A stretch of DNA of 32,000 nucleotides from Candidatus Nanopusillus sp. (GCA_046533775.1 JAWDOO010000003.1:30001-62000), one strand, 5' to 3'. Positions 1-9,290 are shown, numbered from the stretch's first letter. Numbers and translations are program-made. The notes: generated from the sequence alone by a model not told the origin.

Positions 1-1
1 T

Positions 2-2056
2 AAAGATTCTAAAAAAATTTTGGGAAAAACATATGATATATTAATTTTAGATATGTATAAATCATTAACTCCAGATTATATAGGTAGAATTATTGAAACT
101 TTATCTGGAATAGGTATTGCATTTTTCTTAATTAAAGATTTTGAACATTTTGAAGAAAATTATACAACCTTTCATGAACATTTATTAACTCCTCCATATA
201 AGTTAGAAGATGTAAAAAAATATTTTGAATATAGATTCAAGAATAAATTACTTCAATATGATAATATAATTATATATGATACAGAAAATGGATTAATAAA
301 AGGAATAAATGATGAATGTATATTAGAAGAAGCATATCCACCAGGAAGAAAGAAAATATTATTGCCAGATAATAGAAAATTTTCAGACAGAATATATAAA
401 TTATGTTTAACACAAGACCAGACAAATGTTCTTTTTCTTCTAGAAAATTTATTAAGTAATGAAAGATCAATATATTTAATTATTGCAGATAGGGGAAGAG
501 GAAAAAGTGCATCTCTTGGTTTAGCAATTTCTGGAATCTCGGAGATATTATTAAATAGTAAGAAAGTATATGATATAGGTATAACATCACCAGAATTTAA
601 TAATGTAGAAACATTATTTGAATTCTTAAAGTTGGGATTAGATAAGAATAATATAAAATATAAGGAAATAAGTGAGAGAAAGATAGTAATAAACAATAAA
701 ATATATATTGAATATAGAAAGCCATCTGAAATACTAGGAAAAAAATATGATATATTGTTTGTTGATGAAGCTGCAGGTATTGGTATAAATATATTATTAG
801 AATATATCAAGAAATATAATAAAATTGTATTTTCTTCTACTATTCATGGATATGAAGGAGCTGGTAGATCTTTTTCTGTCAAATTTTTGAAATATCTAAA
901 TTCTCTGAAAGATTTTAAGATATATAAATATAATATGGTTGAGCCAATTAGATATAATGATCAGGATCCAATTGAAAAATGGTTATATGATACATTACTA
1001 TTAGATTCTGAAGTTTCTGAAATTAATGAGAGTGATAAAGAGTTAATAAAAAATAAAGATGTAAGATTTTATAAAATACCAAAGAAAGAATGGTTTTATA
1101 ACGATGATCCAAAATTAAAGAATTTTGTTGGAATATATATTTTAGCGCATTATCAAAATAAACCAAATGATATAGCAATGCTTGCTGATGCACCACATCA
1201 TGATGCTTTTGTTTTAGAATTATCAAATGGAAAAATTGTAAATGGAATACACATTGCATATGAAGGTGGTATAGATGATGATACAATTAATAAAATGTTG
1301 AAAGATTATAAACCAAAAGGAAATATAATACCAGATATAATAGTTAAACATTATAGAATAAAGGAATTTGCTAAATTAAAGGGATTAAGAATTGTTAGAA
1401 TTGCTACAATACCAGAAATTCAAGGTATGGGTTTGGGATCCCTATCATTAGATAAATTATATAATTGGGCTAAGGAAAATAATTATGATTGGATTGGTTC
1501 TAGTTTTGGCGTAACTTATGAATTATTAAATTTCTGGCAAAAAAATAATTTTGTATTAATTCATTTATCTCCAGAAAAAAATAAGGTTTCTGGAGAATAT
1601 TCTGGTATAGTAATAAAACCAATAAATGAAGAATCAGAAAAAATGGTTAAAAAGTTAAATTATGAATTTAGATGGAGATTAATAAATCAGATATCAGATG
1701 TATATTTTGATTTATCTCCGGAACTAATATTAAAAATGTTAGAAACGCCATATAAATTTAAACCACATTATAAATTAAATTTGACAGATAATCAAATAGA
1801 AAGATTGGAAGGTTATTTATCTTCGCCTATGACATATGAAGCTGCTGCAGATGTTGTAAAATTATTATATATCTATTATTTATTATATACTGAAAAGGAT
1901 AAACCAAAGATAGATAAAGAAGAATTATTGATTGGAAAATTTTTATTATCATGGAGTTTTGCAAAGATATCTGATTATTTTAAAATAAAGAAGTTTGAGG
2001 CTAGAAGAGTAATAAAAAGAGATATAAAAATAATATATAATTGGCTATTTAAATAA
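2..2056 (+). CDS. tmcA: tRNA(Met) cytidine acetyltransferase TmcA / Nat10 homologue (5' partial; runs off the window start)
   Basis: The frame is open from nt 2, so the TTG at 20 is only an ORF-caller start. Motifs: Walker A ADRGRGKSASLG, DEAAGIG, STIHGYEGAGRSF, EPIRYNDQDPIEKW, and the GNAT acetyl-CoA motif RIATIPEIQGMGLGS. This is the helicase plus GNAT architecture of TmcA. The first residues align to an internal part of the TmcA N-domain, so the N-terminus lies upstream of the window. Confidence 0.85.
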   Translation, partial: KDSKKILGKTYDILILDMYKSLTPDYIGRIIETLSGIGIAFFLIKDFEHFEENYTTFHEHLLTPPYKLEDVKKYFEYRFKNKLLQYDNIIIYDTENGLIKGINDECILEEAYPPGRKKILLPDNRKFSDRIYKLCLTQDQTNVLFLLENLLSNERSIYLIIADRGRGKSASLGLAISGISEILLNSKKVYDIGITSPEFNNVETLFEFLKLGLDKNNIKYKEISERKIVINNKIYIEYRKPSEILGKKYDILFVDEAAGIGINILLEYIKKYNKIVFSSTIHGYEGAGRSFSVKFLKYLNSLKDFKIYKYNMVEPIRYNDQDPIEKWLYDTLLLDSEVSEINESDKELIKNKDVRFYKIPKKEWFYNDDPKLKNFVGIYILAHYQNKPNDIAMLADAPHHDAFVLELSNGKIVNGIHIAYEGGIDDDTINKMLKDYKPKGNIIPDIIVKHYRIKEFAKLKGLRIVRIATIPEIQGMGLGSLSLDKLYNWAKENNYDWIGSSFGVTYELLNFWQKNNFVLIHLSPEKNKVSGEYSGIVIKPINEESEKMVKKLNYEFRWRLINQISDVYFDLSPELILKMLETPYKFKPHYKLNLTDNQIERLEGYLSSPMTYEAAADVVKLLYIYYLLYTEKDKPKIDKEELLIGKFLLSWSFAKISDYFKIKKFEARRVIKRDIKIIYNWLFK

Positions 2057-3400
2057 TTAGCCAAATCCCCCCATTTCTTCTAATTCTATTTCTAGAAGTT
2101 TTTTAATTCTCATTTGATAAGAAGGTGGAAAGTTTCTTAGAATATCATCTGCAAATCCCATATATATTAATCTTTTAGCTTTCTTTTTATCTATACCTAA
2201 ACTTTGTAAATAAAATATTTTTTGATCATCTATTTTTTCAGTTTTTGCTTCATGATTATAATAATTTTTATTATTGTAAATTTCCATTCTTGGTATAGAT
2301 TCTGCTATTCCATTTCCTTCTATTAAAGAGTCGCATTTAGATATAACTTTTGAATTTTCAGAATTACTAAATATTTTTATATCTATTCTATTTACTGCCT
2401 TTCCATTTATTGATATAGATTTTGTTACAATATATCCTCCGGAATTTTTTCCATTTACCAATATTCTTCCACCAGTATCTATTATTTGATTTTCATTTGC
2501 AATTGATATTGTATAAATTTCTCCTGTAGAATTTTCTTCTAAAATTAATCCCGGATATAGCATTGTTACTTTACTTCCAAATTCAGCAGATATCCATTTA
2601 ATTTTAGCGTTTTTATATACCCTTGCTCTTTTTGTTACTAGATTATATATATTTTTAGACCAATTTTGTACTGTAGCATAAGTAACTTCGGAATTTTCTT
2701 TTGCAAAAACTTCCACTACTGCTGCATGTAATGAAGATATATTATATATTGGAGCAGTACATCCTTCTATATAAGTTACTCTAGAATTTTTATCTGCTAT
2801 TATTAAAGTTCTTTCAAATTGCCCAAGATTTTCTGTTCCTATCCAAAAATATGCTTGTAATGGGAAGTCTATTTTAACATTTTCTGGTACATAAATAAAT
2901 ACACCCCCACTCCAAACTGCTGTATTTAATGCTGCAAATTTATTATCTCCAAAAGAGATAACTTTTCCAAAATATTCTTTTACAATTTCTGGATAATCTC
3001 TTACTGCTTGTGATAGAGGCATAAAAATAATACCTTCTTGATCTAGATATTTCTTTATTTCTTTATATATTGAAGAAGAATCATGTTGATATAATAATCC
3101 AGATAAAAATTCTCTTTCAAATTCTTTTCTTAATCCTAATTTTTCTATTCTATTTCTTATATCTTCTGGTAGATCTTCCCACCTCTTTGGTTTATTTTCT
3201 TTAATTATACTTCTATAATATATCATATTATCAAAATCAATATCTTTTATTTCTGGTCCAAATTTTGGTAAATCTAATTTATTAAAATAATTTAATCCTT
3301 TTAATCTTATGTCTGTCATCCAATCTGGTTCATTTAATATTTCAGATATTTTTTTGATTTTTTCTTCATTCAAAGGACCCTTTATAATTATATCTTGCAT
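2057..3400 (-). CDS. sufB: Fe-S cluster assembly protein SufB (SufB/SufD family)
   Basis: 447 aa. The repetitive beta-helix core and the C-terminal FYLQSLGIDKKKAKRLIYMGFADDIL are typical of SufB/SufD. No sufC or sufD is adjacent. Confidence 0.8.
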   Translation of the reverse strand: MQDIIIKGPLNEEKIKKISEILNEPDWMTDIRLKGLNYFNKLDLPKFGPEIKDIDFDNMIYYRSIIKENKPKRWEDLPEDIRNRIEKLGLRKEFEREFLSGLLYQHDSSSIYKEIKKYLDQEGIIFMPLSQAVRDYPEIVKEYFGKVISFGDNKFAALNTAVWSGGVFIYVPENVKIDFPLQAYFWIGTENLGQFERTLIIADKNSRVTYIEGCTAPIYNISSLHAAVVEVFAKENSEVTYATVQNWSKNIYNLVTKRARVYKNAKIKWISAEFGSKVTMLYPGLILEENSTGEIYTISIANENQIIDTGGRILVNGKNSGGYIVTKSISINGKAVNRIDIKIFSNSENSKVISKCDSLIEGNGIAESIPRMEIYNNKNYYNHEAKTEKIDDQKIFYLQSLGIDKKKAKRLIYMGFADDILRNFPPSYQMRIKKLLEIELEEMGGFG

Positions 3401-3496
3401 ATTATCTAAAATTATATATTATATTTTTAAATTTATAACATTGTTATAAAATTTAAATAAAACTTATATAATATTATTTATAAGTAAAATAAATAC

Positions 3497-3571
3497 GCCC
3501 CCGTCGTCTAGTCTGGTCTAGGATATAGGGTTTTCGTCCCTATGACCCGGGTTCAAATCCCGGCGGGGGCA
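3497..3571 (+). tRNA. tRNA-Glu (anticodon TTC)
   Basis: Hand-folded cloverleaf: acceptor GCCCCCG/CGGGGGC, D stem GTCT/GGAT, anticodon stem TAGGG/CCCTA, loop TTTTCGT, T arm CCGGG-TTCAAAT-CCCGG, discriminator A. No encoded CCA and no intron. Confidence 0.93.
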
Positions 3572-3628
3572 AAAATTATCATTATTGATTAACAAATTCA
3601 TATAGATGGGAAGAATGTTTAATAAGGT

Positions 3629-4222
3629 ATGAAAGGTCAGGGAGGATCTGGTTTTTCAGCAATGGTATTATTTATAGCAGCAGCATTGACAGCAGCAATA
3701 GCAGCATTAGTTATTATTGGAGCAACAACTAGTGCGCAAGGACATGCAGCAGCTGCAGCACAACAAACAGTACAAACATCTGGTACAACTGTAGAAATTG
3801 TAAGAGTAGAAGGTATAAATGTTAATACAAAATCACAAACAGTACAAGAGTTCTTAGTATATACAAGATTAGCACCAGGATCACAGCCAATATTATTCAA
3901 TCAAACAGCATTAATATTCTATTCTCCAGCCGGTAGAGAAATATTTTCATATGGAGGAGCTGTAGCAAACAGTTCAGTAGTAACAGGATATACAGGATAT
4001 TACTATATTGATCAGCATGATTCAGTAGATAATTCAGGATTACTATACGATGGAGTATTGGGACCAGATGATTTGGCAGCACTATTAGTATATGCTAATG
4101 TATCATTAGGAACATCACAAACATGGGAATTCTCTATAATACCACCAAATGGACAACCATATGATCTATCAGGTATAACTCCAGCAGCAATGATATATCC
4201 AACAGTAATATTATATGGCTAA
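3629..4222 (+). CDS. archaellin-like protein with class III signal peptide
   Basis: The N-terminus MKG|QGGSGFSAMVLFIAAALTAAIAALVIIGATTSAQ is a short basic leader followed by a hydrophobic helix, as in archaellins. It is Lys-poor and rich in Ala/Thr/Gln/Gly, with sequons NQT, NSS and NVS. Confidence 0.6.
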   Translation: MKGQGGSGFSAMVLFIAAALTAAIAALVIIGATTSAQGHAAAAAQQTVQTSGTTVEIVRVEGINVNTKSQTVQEFLVYTRLAPGSQPILFNQTALIFYSPAGREIFSYGGAVANSSVVTGYTGYYYIDQHDSVDNSGLLYDGVLGPDDLAALLVYANVSLGTSQTWEFSIIPPNGQPYDLSGITPAAMIYPTVILYG

Positions 4223-4223
4223 A

Positions 4224-4832
4224 ATGAAAGGACAAGCCTTTGGATCACTTTTTTTCTTTATATTTTTGGTTGCATTAGCTGCAATAAGTACTTATATAAT
4301 TGTTGATGTTTATTTAAAAAGTGCTGGGGATTCAATTACAAAATTACAATTAAATCAACAACAATCTGCAGTACCACAATTTACAATTCATGATGTTGAA
4401 TATTCAGAATATGGAAGTGTAGCAACAGTTTCATTTACATTATATAATTTAGGACCAACAGATATACCATTAAGTGGATGGTTTATTGTCTTTACAACAC
4501 CAAATGGTGATATAATATGTACAACTCCAATATTTGAAAGTTCAGCTGATGCTGCAAATATTGGTATAGCAGAATCTGTATATGATGCAACATATAATGA
4601 AACATTAAGTTATGGGCAAGCAATACCAGCACATTCAGTAGCAAATGTTGATCTAACAATTATTGGAGGACCATGTTTAAACGCAACAATAAACTATTCT
4701 TTAAGTAATTTACAAATGGGATTTAGAGTAGTAATTCCACCAACTCAATATTATGATATAATGCAGTGTTCTGTAAATCCAAGTACAGGTTATTCATCAT
4801 GTAGTTCTTTGGGCTATCAAGAATATCAATAG
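4224..4832 (+). CDS. class III signal peptide protein (archaellin/FlaF/FlaG-like accessory protein)
   Basis: The ORF track starts at 4215. The ATG at 4224 gives MKGQAFGSLFFFIFLVALAAIS, the same MKGQ leader as the upstream gene. A single N-terminal hydrophobic helix is followed by a beta-rich domain (TVSFTLYNLGPTDIPLSGWFIVF). Sequons NET, NAT and NYS. Confidence 0.5.
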   Translation: MKGQAFGSLFFFIFLVALAAISTYIIVDVYLKSAGDSITKLQLNQQQSAVPQFTIHDVEYSEYGSVATVSFTLYNLGPTDIPLSGWFIVFTTPNGDIICTTPIFESSADAANIGIAESVYDATYNETLSYGQAIPAHSVANVDLTIIGGPCLNATINYSLSNLQMGFRVVIPPTQYYDIMQCSVNPSTGYSSCSSLGYQEYQ

Positions 4833-4870
4833 ATTTTTGATCTTTAAAATTTTATTTTTAAATATTCTTA

Positions 4871-5980
4871 ATGCTATGTAAGCATTTTCCAAAGTGTGGT
4901 GGTTGTCAAATTCAAAATTTATCATATAATAAACAAATAGAATATAAAATAAAGAAATTTATTGATATATTTAAAAGAGAACCTGATGAAGTTATAAAAT
5001 CACCGAAAATAATTTATTATAGAAACAGAATGGATTATGCTGTTGGTCCTAATTATGAAGTGGGATTAAAGGAATATGGAAAATGGTATTCATATGTAAA
5101 TATTGATGAGTGTTTTTTACAATCTCTAGAATCAAATATAATAAGAAATAAGTTTAGAGAATTTATAATAAATAAAAATTTAAAACCATGGGATACAAAA
5201 AATTATACTGGTTTTATTAGATATATTGTAATAAGAGAAGGAAAATTTACAAATGAGAGAATGGTAAATATAATAACTTATAAAATAGAGAATTCAGAAT
5301 ATTATAAAAACATATTTTTAGAATTTTATAATGAGATTAAAAATTATGTTAATTCATTTTATTGGTCAATAAATGATACTATTTCAGATGTTTCTTATGG
5401 AAATATAAATTATTTATTATCTGGAGAAAAATATATTAAAGAAAAAGCTTTAGATAATTTTTATTATATTTCAACAAATAGTTTTTATCAACCAAATAGT
5501 TATATTGCAGAGATATTATTAAAATATGTAAGAGAATTTACAGATCCAAATGAAAATGATGTAATTTATGATTTATATTCTGGTTCTGGTTTTTATGCAA
5601 TAGAAATTGGAAAATATTCTAATTATGTGTATGCTGTAGATAATAATAAGGAAAATTTCGAAATGTTTAAATTAAATAAAGAAATAAATAATGTAAAAAG
5701 TGTAAAATTTTTGTTATCTAATGTAGAAAATTTAGAAAAGATAAATGCAGATAAAATAATTGTAGATCCACCAAGGCCAGGGATAAATAAAAAAGTAATA
5801 AGAAAAATATTACAATCTAATGCAAAGAAAATAATTTATGTTTCTTGTTATCCAGAAACCCAAAAGAGGGATATAGATATTTTAATAAATAAAGGAAATT
5901 ATAAATTAGAAAACATAATTTTGGTTGATCAATTTCCTCATACATATCATATGGAAACAATTGCTTTATTAAATAAATAA
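4871..5980 (+). CDS. RNA (uracil-C5)-methyltransferase, TrmA/RlmD (RumA) family; likely tRNA U54 methyltransferase
   Basis: N-terminal Cys cluster CKHFPKCGGC plus a later DECF (Fe-S ligand pattern of RumA-type enzymes). SAM motif DLYSGSGFYAIEIG, motif IV VDPPRPG, and catalytic region IIYVSCYPETQ. No TRAM domain. Confidence 0.75.
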   Translation: MLCKHFPKCGGCQIQNLSYNKQIEYKIKKFIDIFKREPDEVIKSPKIIYYRNRMDYAVGPNYEVGLKEYGKWYSYVNIDECFLQSLESNIIRNKFREFIINKNLKPWDTKNYTGFIRYIVIREGKFTNERMVNIITYKIENSEYYKNIFLEFYNEIKNYVNSFYWSINDTISDVSYGNINYLLSGEKYIKEKALDNFYYISTNSFYQPNSYIAEILLKYVREFTDPNENDVIYDLYSGSGFYAIEIGKYSNYVYAVDNNKENFEMFKLNKEINNVKSVKFLLSNVENLEKINADKIIVDPPRPGINKKVIRKILQSNAKKIIYVSCYPETQKRDIDILINKGNYKLENIILVDQFPHTYHMETIALLNK

Positions 5981-6024
5981 CTATCTATATAAAATTTATA
6001 ATGTTTAAAATCTTTTAATTCATT

Positions 6025-6876
6025 ATGGTAAGGGCACAGTTTGGTTTGTCAACATTAATTATATTAATATCAATAATAGTAACAGCAGCAGTAGCAGCTG
6101 GTGTAATAATATATACTGCAAGTTCTTTACAATCAAAAGCATTACAAACAGGTGCGCAAGCCGAACAAAGAATAACAACGGGTATGCAAATTACACAAGT
6201 ATTCGGATATCAATATGATCCATCAAGTGGCCAATTAAATAATTATTTACAAAAAATAACCGTCTTAGGACCAGTTATATCATTAATGCCAGGTTCTAAT
6301 CCAATTAACTTTGAATATGTAAGTACTTTGATTACAGATAGTAATGGAGATGTATATTCGTATGCACCTTCACAATATGAACCTACATCTATATATGGTG
6401 TATTACAAGGAGGAAGCTTTATAATAACAGGATTTATGTTTGATAACCAAGTAAATGTATTAAATGTAACAATAAATAATTCACAGCTATGTTCTACATT
6501 AAATAATTTCACAAATCAATATATATATACAAACTTCACATATGTAAATGGAACTTTAGTCTCATGTACAATAGGATTAAATTCTTCAATAATTGGATAT
6601 CCATTAAGTATAAATCAATTATTCCAAATATTGCAATCAATGAATGAAGCTGGAATTCAGAATCCATATGCAATAATTGGATTATCGGTAAGTCAGGAAA
6701 GTGTATATTTAACAACTGGAGAATTATATGAGATAATGTATTATCTACCTGATGGATTATCAGTAAATGAAAATTATAATATACAAATAACACCAATAAA
6801 TGGATATACATCACAATATGGTGGAGCTATACCAGCTGTTCTATCTCAATCAGTAGTTTCTCTAGGAGGGAGTTAA
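6025..6876 (+). CDS. flaB: archaellin (FlaB/ArlB-type)
   Basis: The N-terminus MVRA|QFGLSTLIILISIIVTAAVAAGVIIYTASSLQSKALQTGAQAEQ closely follows the conserved archaellin N-terminal domain pattern. I counted 6 N-x-S/T sequons. Very low Lys content. Confidence 0.7.
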   Translation: MVRAQFGLSTLIILISIIVTAAVAAGVIIYTASSLQSKALQTGAQAEQRITTGMQITQVFGYQYDPSSGQLNNYLQKITVLGPVISLMPGSNPINFEYVSTLITDSNGDVYSYAPSQYEPTSIYGVLQGGSFIITGFMFDNQVNVLNVTINNSQLCSTLNNFTNQYIYTNFTYVNGTLVSCTIGLNSSIIGYPLSINQLFQILQSMNEAGIQNPYAIIGLSVSQESVYLTTGELYEIMYYLPDGLSVNENYNIQITPINGYTSQYGGAIPAVLSQSVVSLGGS

Positions 6877-6910
6877 AGATTTTAATTTTTTTATTATTTT
6901 ATATTTTATT

Positions 6911-6983
6911 GCCGCCGTAGCTCAGCTGGTAGAGCGGTGGACTTGTAATCCACAGGTCGTGGGTTCAAGTCCCACCGGCGGCA
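6911..6983 (+). tRNA. tRNA-Thr (anticodon TGT)
   Basis: Cloverleaf: GCCGCCG/CGGCGGC acceptor, GCTC/GAGC D stem, GTGGA/TCCAC anticodon stem, loop CTTGTAA, T arm GTGGG-TTCAAGT-CCCAC, discriminator A. Followed by TTTTT. No CCA. Confidence 0.93.
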
Positions 6984-7015
6984 TTTTTATATATTTTTTA
7001 TAATTTAAGATTTAG

Positions 7016-7441
7016 ATGAGAAGAGTATTATATAAGGATAATGTATTTTTATCAGAAGATAAGATTTTATATTTTTATGAAGTCTTATATTTATTAGAAA
7101 AAAATGAAATTGAAGTTTATGATGAGAAAAATAATAAATTAGATATAAATTATTTTTTAAAAGATGAAAAAATTAAGTTATATTATGATATATATAAATA
7201 TTTTAGAGAAAAAGGTTATTATTTAGGTACTGGATTAAAATTTGGTGGTATATTTAGAATATATGAAGATATTAAGCAACATTCAAAATGGGTTGCTATT
7301 CCAATAAATATTAATGAAAAAATAGATATATATGATTTTTTAGCAAAAAATAGAGTTGCACATAGCACTAGAAAAAGAATTTTATATTGTATAAAAGATA
7401 ATAATTATAGATTTTTAGAAATAAGATGGAAAAAATTGTAG
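7016..7441 (+). CDS. endA: tRNA-splicing endonuclease, catalytic (alpha) subunit
   Basis: 141 aa. REKGYYLGTGLKFGGIFRIYEDIKQHSKWVAIPI and RVAHSTRKRILY match the EndA catalytic domain, with Tyr, His and Lys at the catalytic-triad positions. Confidence 0.8.
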   Translation: MRRVLYKDNVFLSEDKILYFYEVLYLLEKNEIEVYDEKNNKLDINYFLKDEKIKLYYDIYKYFREKGYYLGTGLKFGGIFRIYEDIKQHSKWVAIPININEKIDIYDFLAKNRVAHSTRKRILYCIKDNNYRFLEIRWKKL

Positions 7442-7896
7442 TTAGAGAATTTAATAATAAATTTATTTTAAATAAAGAATTTTATGATAAAATAGGAAGA
7501 ATTGGGAAGATAGATAAAGATTATATTATTTTAGAACCAGAAGAAGCTTTATATTGTATAAAAAAAGGATGGATAAAATTGGAAGGAATAAATAATTTTT
7601 TAGATTTTATTAAAAAATATAAAAATATATTAAATATGAAGAAATTTTATGTATTTGAGGATTTAAGAAATAAGGGATATTATCTAGATATAGAAAAAGA
7701 CTCAATTATTTTATATACAGATTATAAAAAAGAAAAGATATTATATTATATTTATCCAATGTATGAAAATGAATTCTTATACATTAAAGATATTTTAAAT
7801 TTTATGGATTCAAAGAAGTTAAATAAAATTTTATTGGCAATAATTGATATAGAAAATGATATAGTTTATTATGAAATAAATGAATTATTTTTATAA
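7426..7896 (+). CDS. tRNA-splicing endonuclease, structural (beta) subunit
   Basis: 156 aa. It has an EndA-like fold signature (FEDLRNKGYYLD) but no His or Lys at the catalytic positions. It overlaps the alpha subunit gene by 16 nt. The pattern fits alpha2beta2 heterotetrameric endonucleases. Confidence 0.6.
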   Translation: MEKIVVREFNNKFILNKEFYDKIGRIGKIDKDYIILEPEEALYCIKKGWIKLEGINNFLDFIKKYKNILNMKKFYVFEDLRNKGYYLDIEKDSIILYTDYKKEKILYYIYPMYENEFLYIKDILNFMDSKKLNKILLAIIDIENDIVYYEINELFL

Positions 7897-7919
7897 AACT
7901 TTTTAATTCATATTTTTTA

Positions 7920-9290
7920 ATGGAAAAGGATCATATAGATATTGGGGATGAAATAGATATATTGGTAAAACATGATAGGAGGGTAGAAAAATTAAATAGG
8001 AATTTTGGTGATCTTCTGGGAAAAGGTTTACAATTATTTTCCTTGGTAGGCGGGTTAACATATTATATATTATCCCAAATATTGACAGACTTCCATGTTA
8101 AAAGGGGATACTACTTAGTAAGAACCCCGTTTATTACAAATACATTATTATATCAAATTTCAGGTCATCTTTCATATTATAAACAAAATATGTATATATT
8201 TAATATAGAAGATGAAGAATTTGCAATTAAACCAATGAATTGTCCTCATCATATATTAATTTTCATTAATTTATTAGAAAAATATAGAAAAATAAAATTA
8301 CCATTTAGAATATTTGAACTAGGTACTGTACATAGATATGAGCCTTCTGGGAGCGTTTATGGATTATTAAGGGTTAGATCTTTTACACAAGATGATTCCC
8401 ATATATTTATTACTCCAAATTTATTGGAAAAGGAAATTGAAAAATTAATGGATGAAATGATTTTATTATATGATAAAGTATTTAATATAAATTTAAAAGC
8501 ATCAGAATTTAAGGTAAGATTAAGTTTACATGATCCAAATAAAATGAATGAATATTCAGGTTCTAAAGAAGATTGGGAATATGTTGAAGATGTAATGAGA
8601 AATGTAATAAATAAATTATCAAATAAATATAATTTCTCTACTTATGAAGGAAAAGGAGAAGCTGCATTTTATGGTCCTAAATATGATTTTACATTAAAAA
8701 TTGGAGAAAAAGAATGGCAATTGGGTACTATACAATTAGATTTTAATTTACCAAGGAACTTTAAACTTATTGAATTAGTAAAAGATTATTTTGGAATAGA
8801 TAATTTATATATAATTCATAGAGCATATTTAGGATCTATAGAAAGATTCATTGGTGCATATTTAGAATCATTTAAAGGAAGGTTGCCATTTGTATTAACA
8901 CCAATTCAGGTTGCAATATTAGATATATTTACTGGAGATAAAGAAAAGGATAATAAAATAAAAGAATATGCAATGAAAATTTATAATAATTTGAAAAATA
9001 AAGAAATTAGAGTTGTAAATATTAAAACTACAAAAACCCAATTGAGTAATATTACAAGAATATTAGAATCAACATATAAACCATATATTATAATATATAT
9101 TGGAGAAAAAGAGGTAAATGATAATATATATTCAATAAGATATTATAATATAAATAGTAAAAATATTGAAGAAAAGAAAATGAAAGAGGAAGAATTATAT
9201 AATTTAATTGAAGAGCTTGAAAAACCATTGGAAGAGTTAAATAATAAGAAATATAGAATATTTGAAGATTTTAACTTTATATTTGAATGA
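7920..9290 (+). CDS. thrS: threonyl-tRNA synthetase, catalytic core plus anticodon-binding domain only (no editing domain)
   Basis: Class II motifs and Zn ligands are present: MNCPHH, FRIFELGTVHRYEPSG, LRVRSFTQDDSHIF, IIHRAYLGSIERFIG. A C-terminal anticodon-binding domain is present. At 456 aa there is no room for the roughly 140 aa N-terminal editing domain. Confidence 0.88.
   Translation: MEKDHIDIGDEIDILVKHDRRVEKLNRNFGDLLGKGLQLFSLVGGLTYYILSQILTDFHVKRGYYLVRTPFITNTLLYQISGHLSYYKQNMYIFNIEDEEFAIKPMNCPHHILIFINLLEKYRKIKLPFRIFELGTVHRYEPSGSVYGLLRVRSFTQDDSHIFITPNLLEKEIEKLMDEMILLYDKVFNINLKASEFKVRLSLHDPNKMNEYSGSKEDWEYVEDVMRNVINKLSNKYNFSTYEGKGEAAFYGPKYDFTLKIGEKEWQLGTIQLDFNLPRNFKLIELVKDYFGIDNLYIIHRAYLGSIERFIGAYLESFKGRLPFVLTPIQVAILDIFTGDKEKDNKIKEYAMKIYNNLKNKEIRVVNIKTTKTQLSNITRILESTYKPYIIIYIGEKEVNDNIYSIRYYNINSKNIEEKKMKEEELYNLIEELEKPLEELNNKKYRIFEDFNFIFE

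Noticed and set aside
253-1286. Minus-strand ORFs 253-810, 270-470 and 1023-1286 inside tmcA
   Set aside because: These are antisense shadow ORFs of a well-supported gene. Their translations are low-complexity and rich in Ile/Leu/Phe/Ser with no motifs. AT-rich DNA gives long stop-free antisense frames.
3401-3496. Specific TATA/BRE promoter calls upstream of tRNAs and genes
   Set aside because: TATA-like strings occur almost everywhere in this AT-rich DNA. For example, TTATATAA lies at -33 to -26 of tRNA-Glu. I saw no consistent motif or spacing across the five tRNA upstream regions, so individual promoter calls would not be supportable.
3637-4082. Minus-strand ORFs 3637-3900 and 3897-4082 inside the first archaellin-like gene
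   Set aside because: They are antisense to a gene with a clear class III signal peptide. The Ala/Cys-rich translation mirrors the GCA/GCT-rich sense strand.
6243-6814. Minus-strand ORFs 6243-6512 and 6536-6814 inside the archaellin gene
   Set aside because: Antisense shadows. There is no start context or motif, and the sense frame has strong family similarity.
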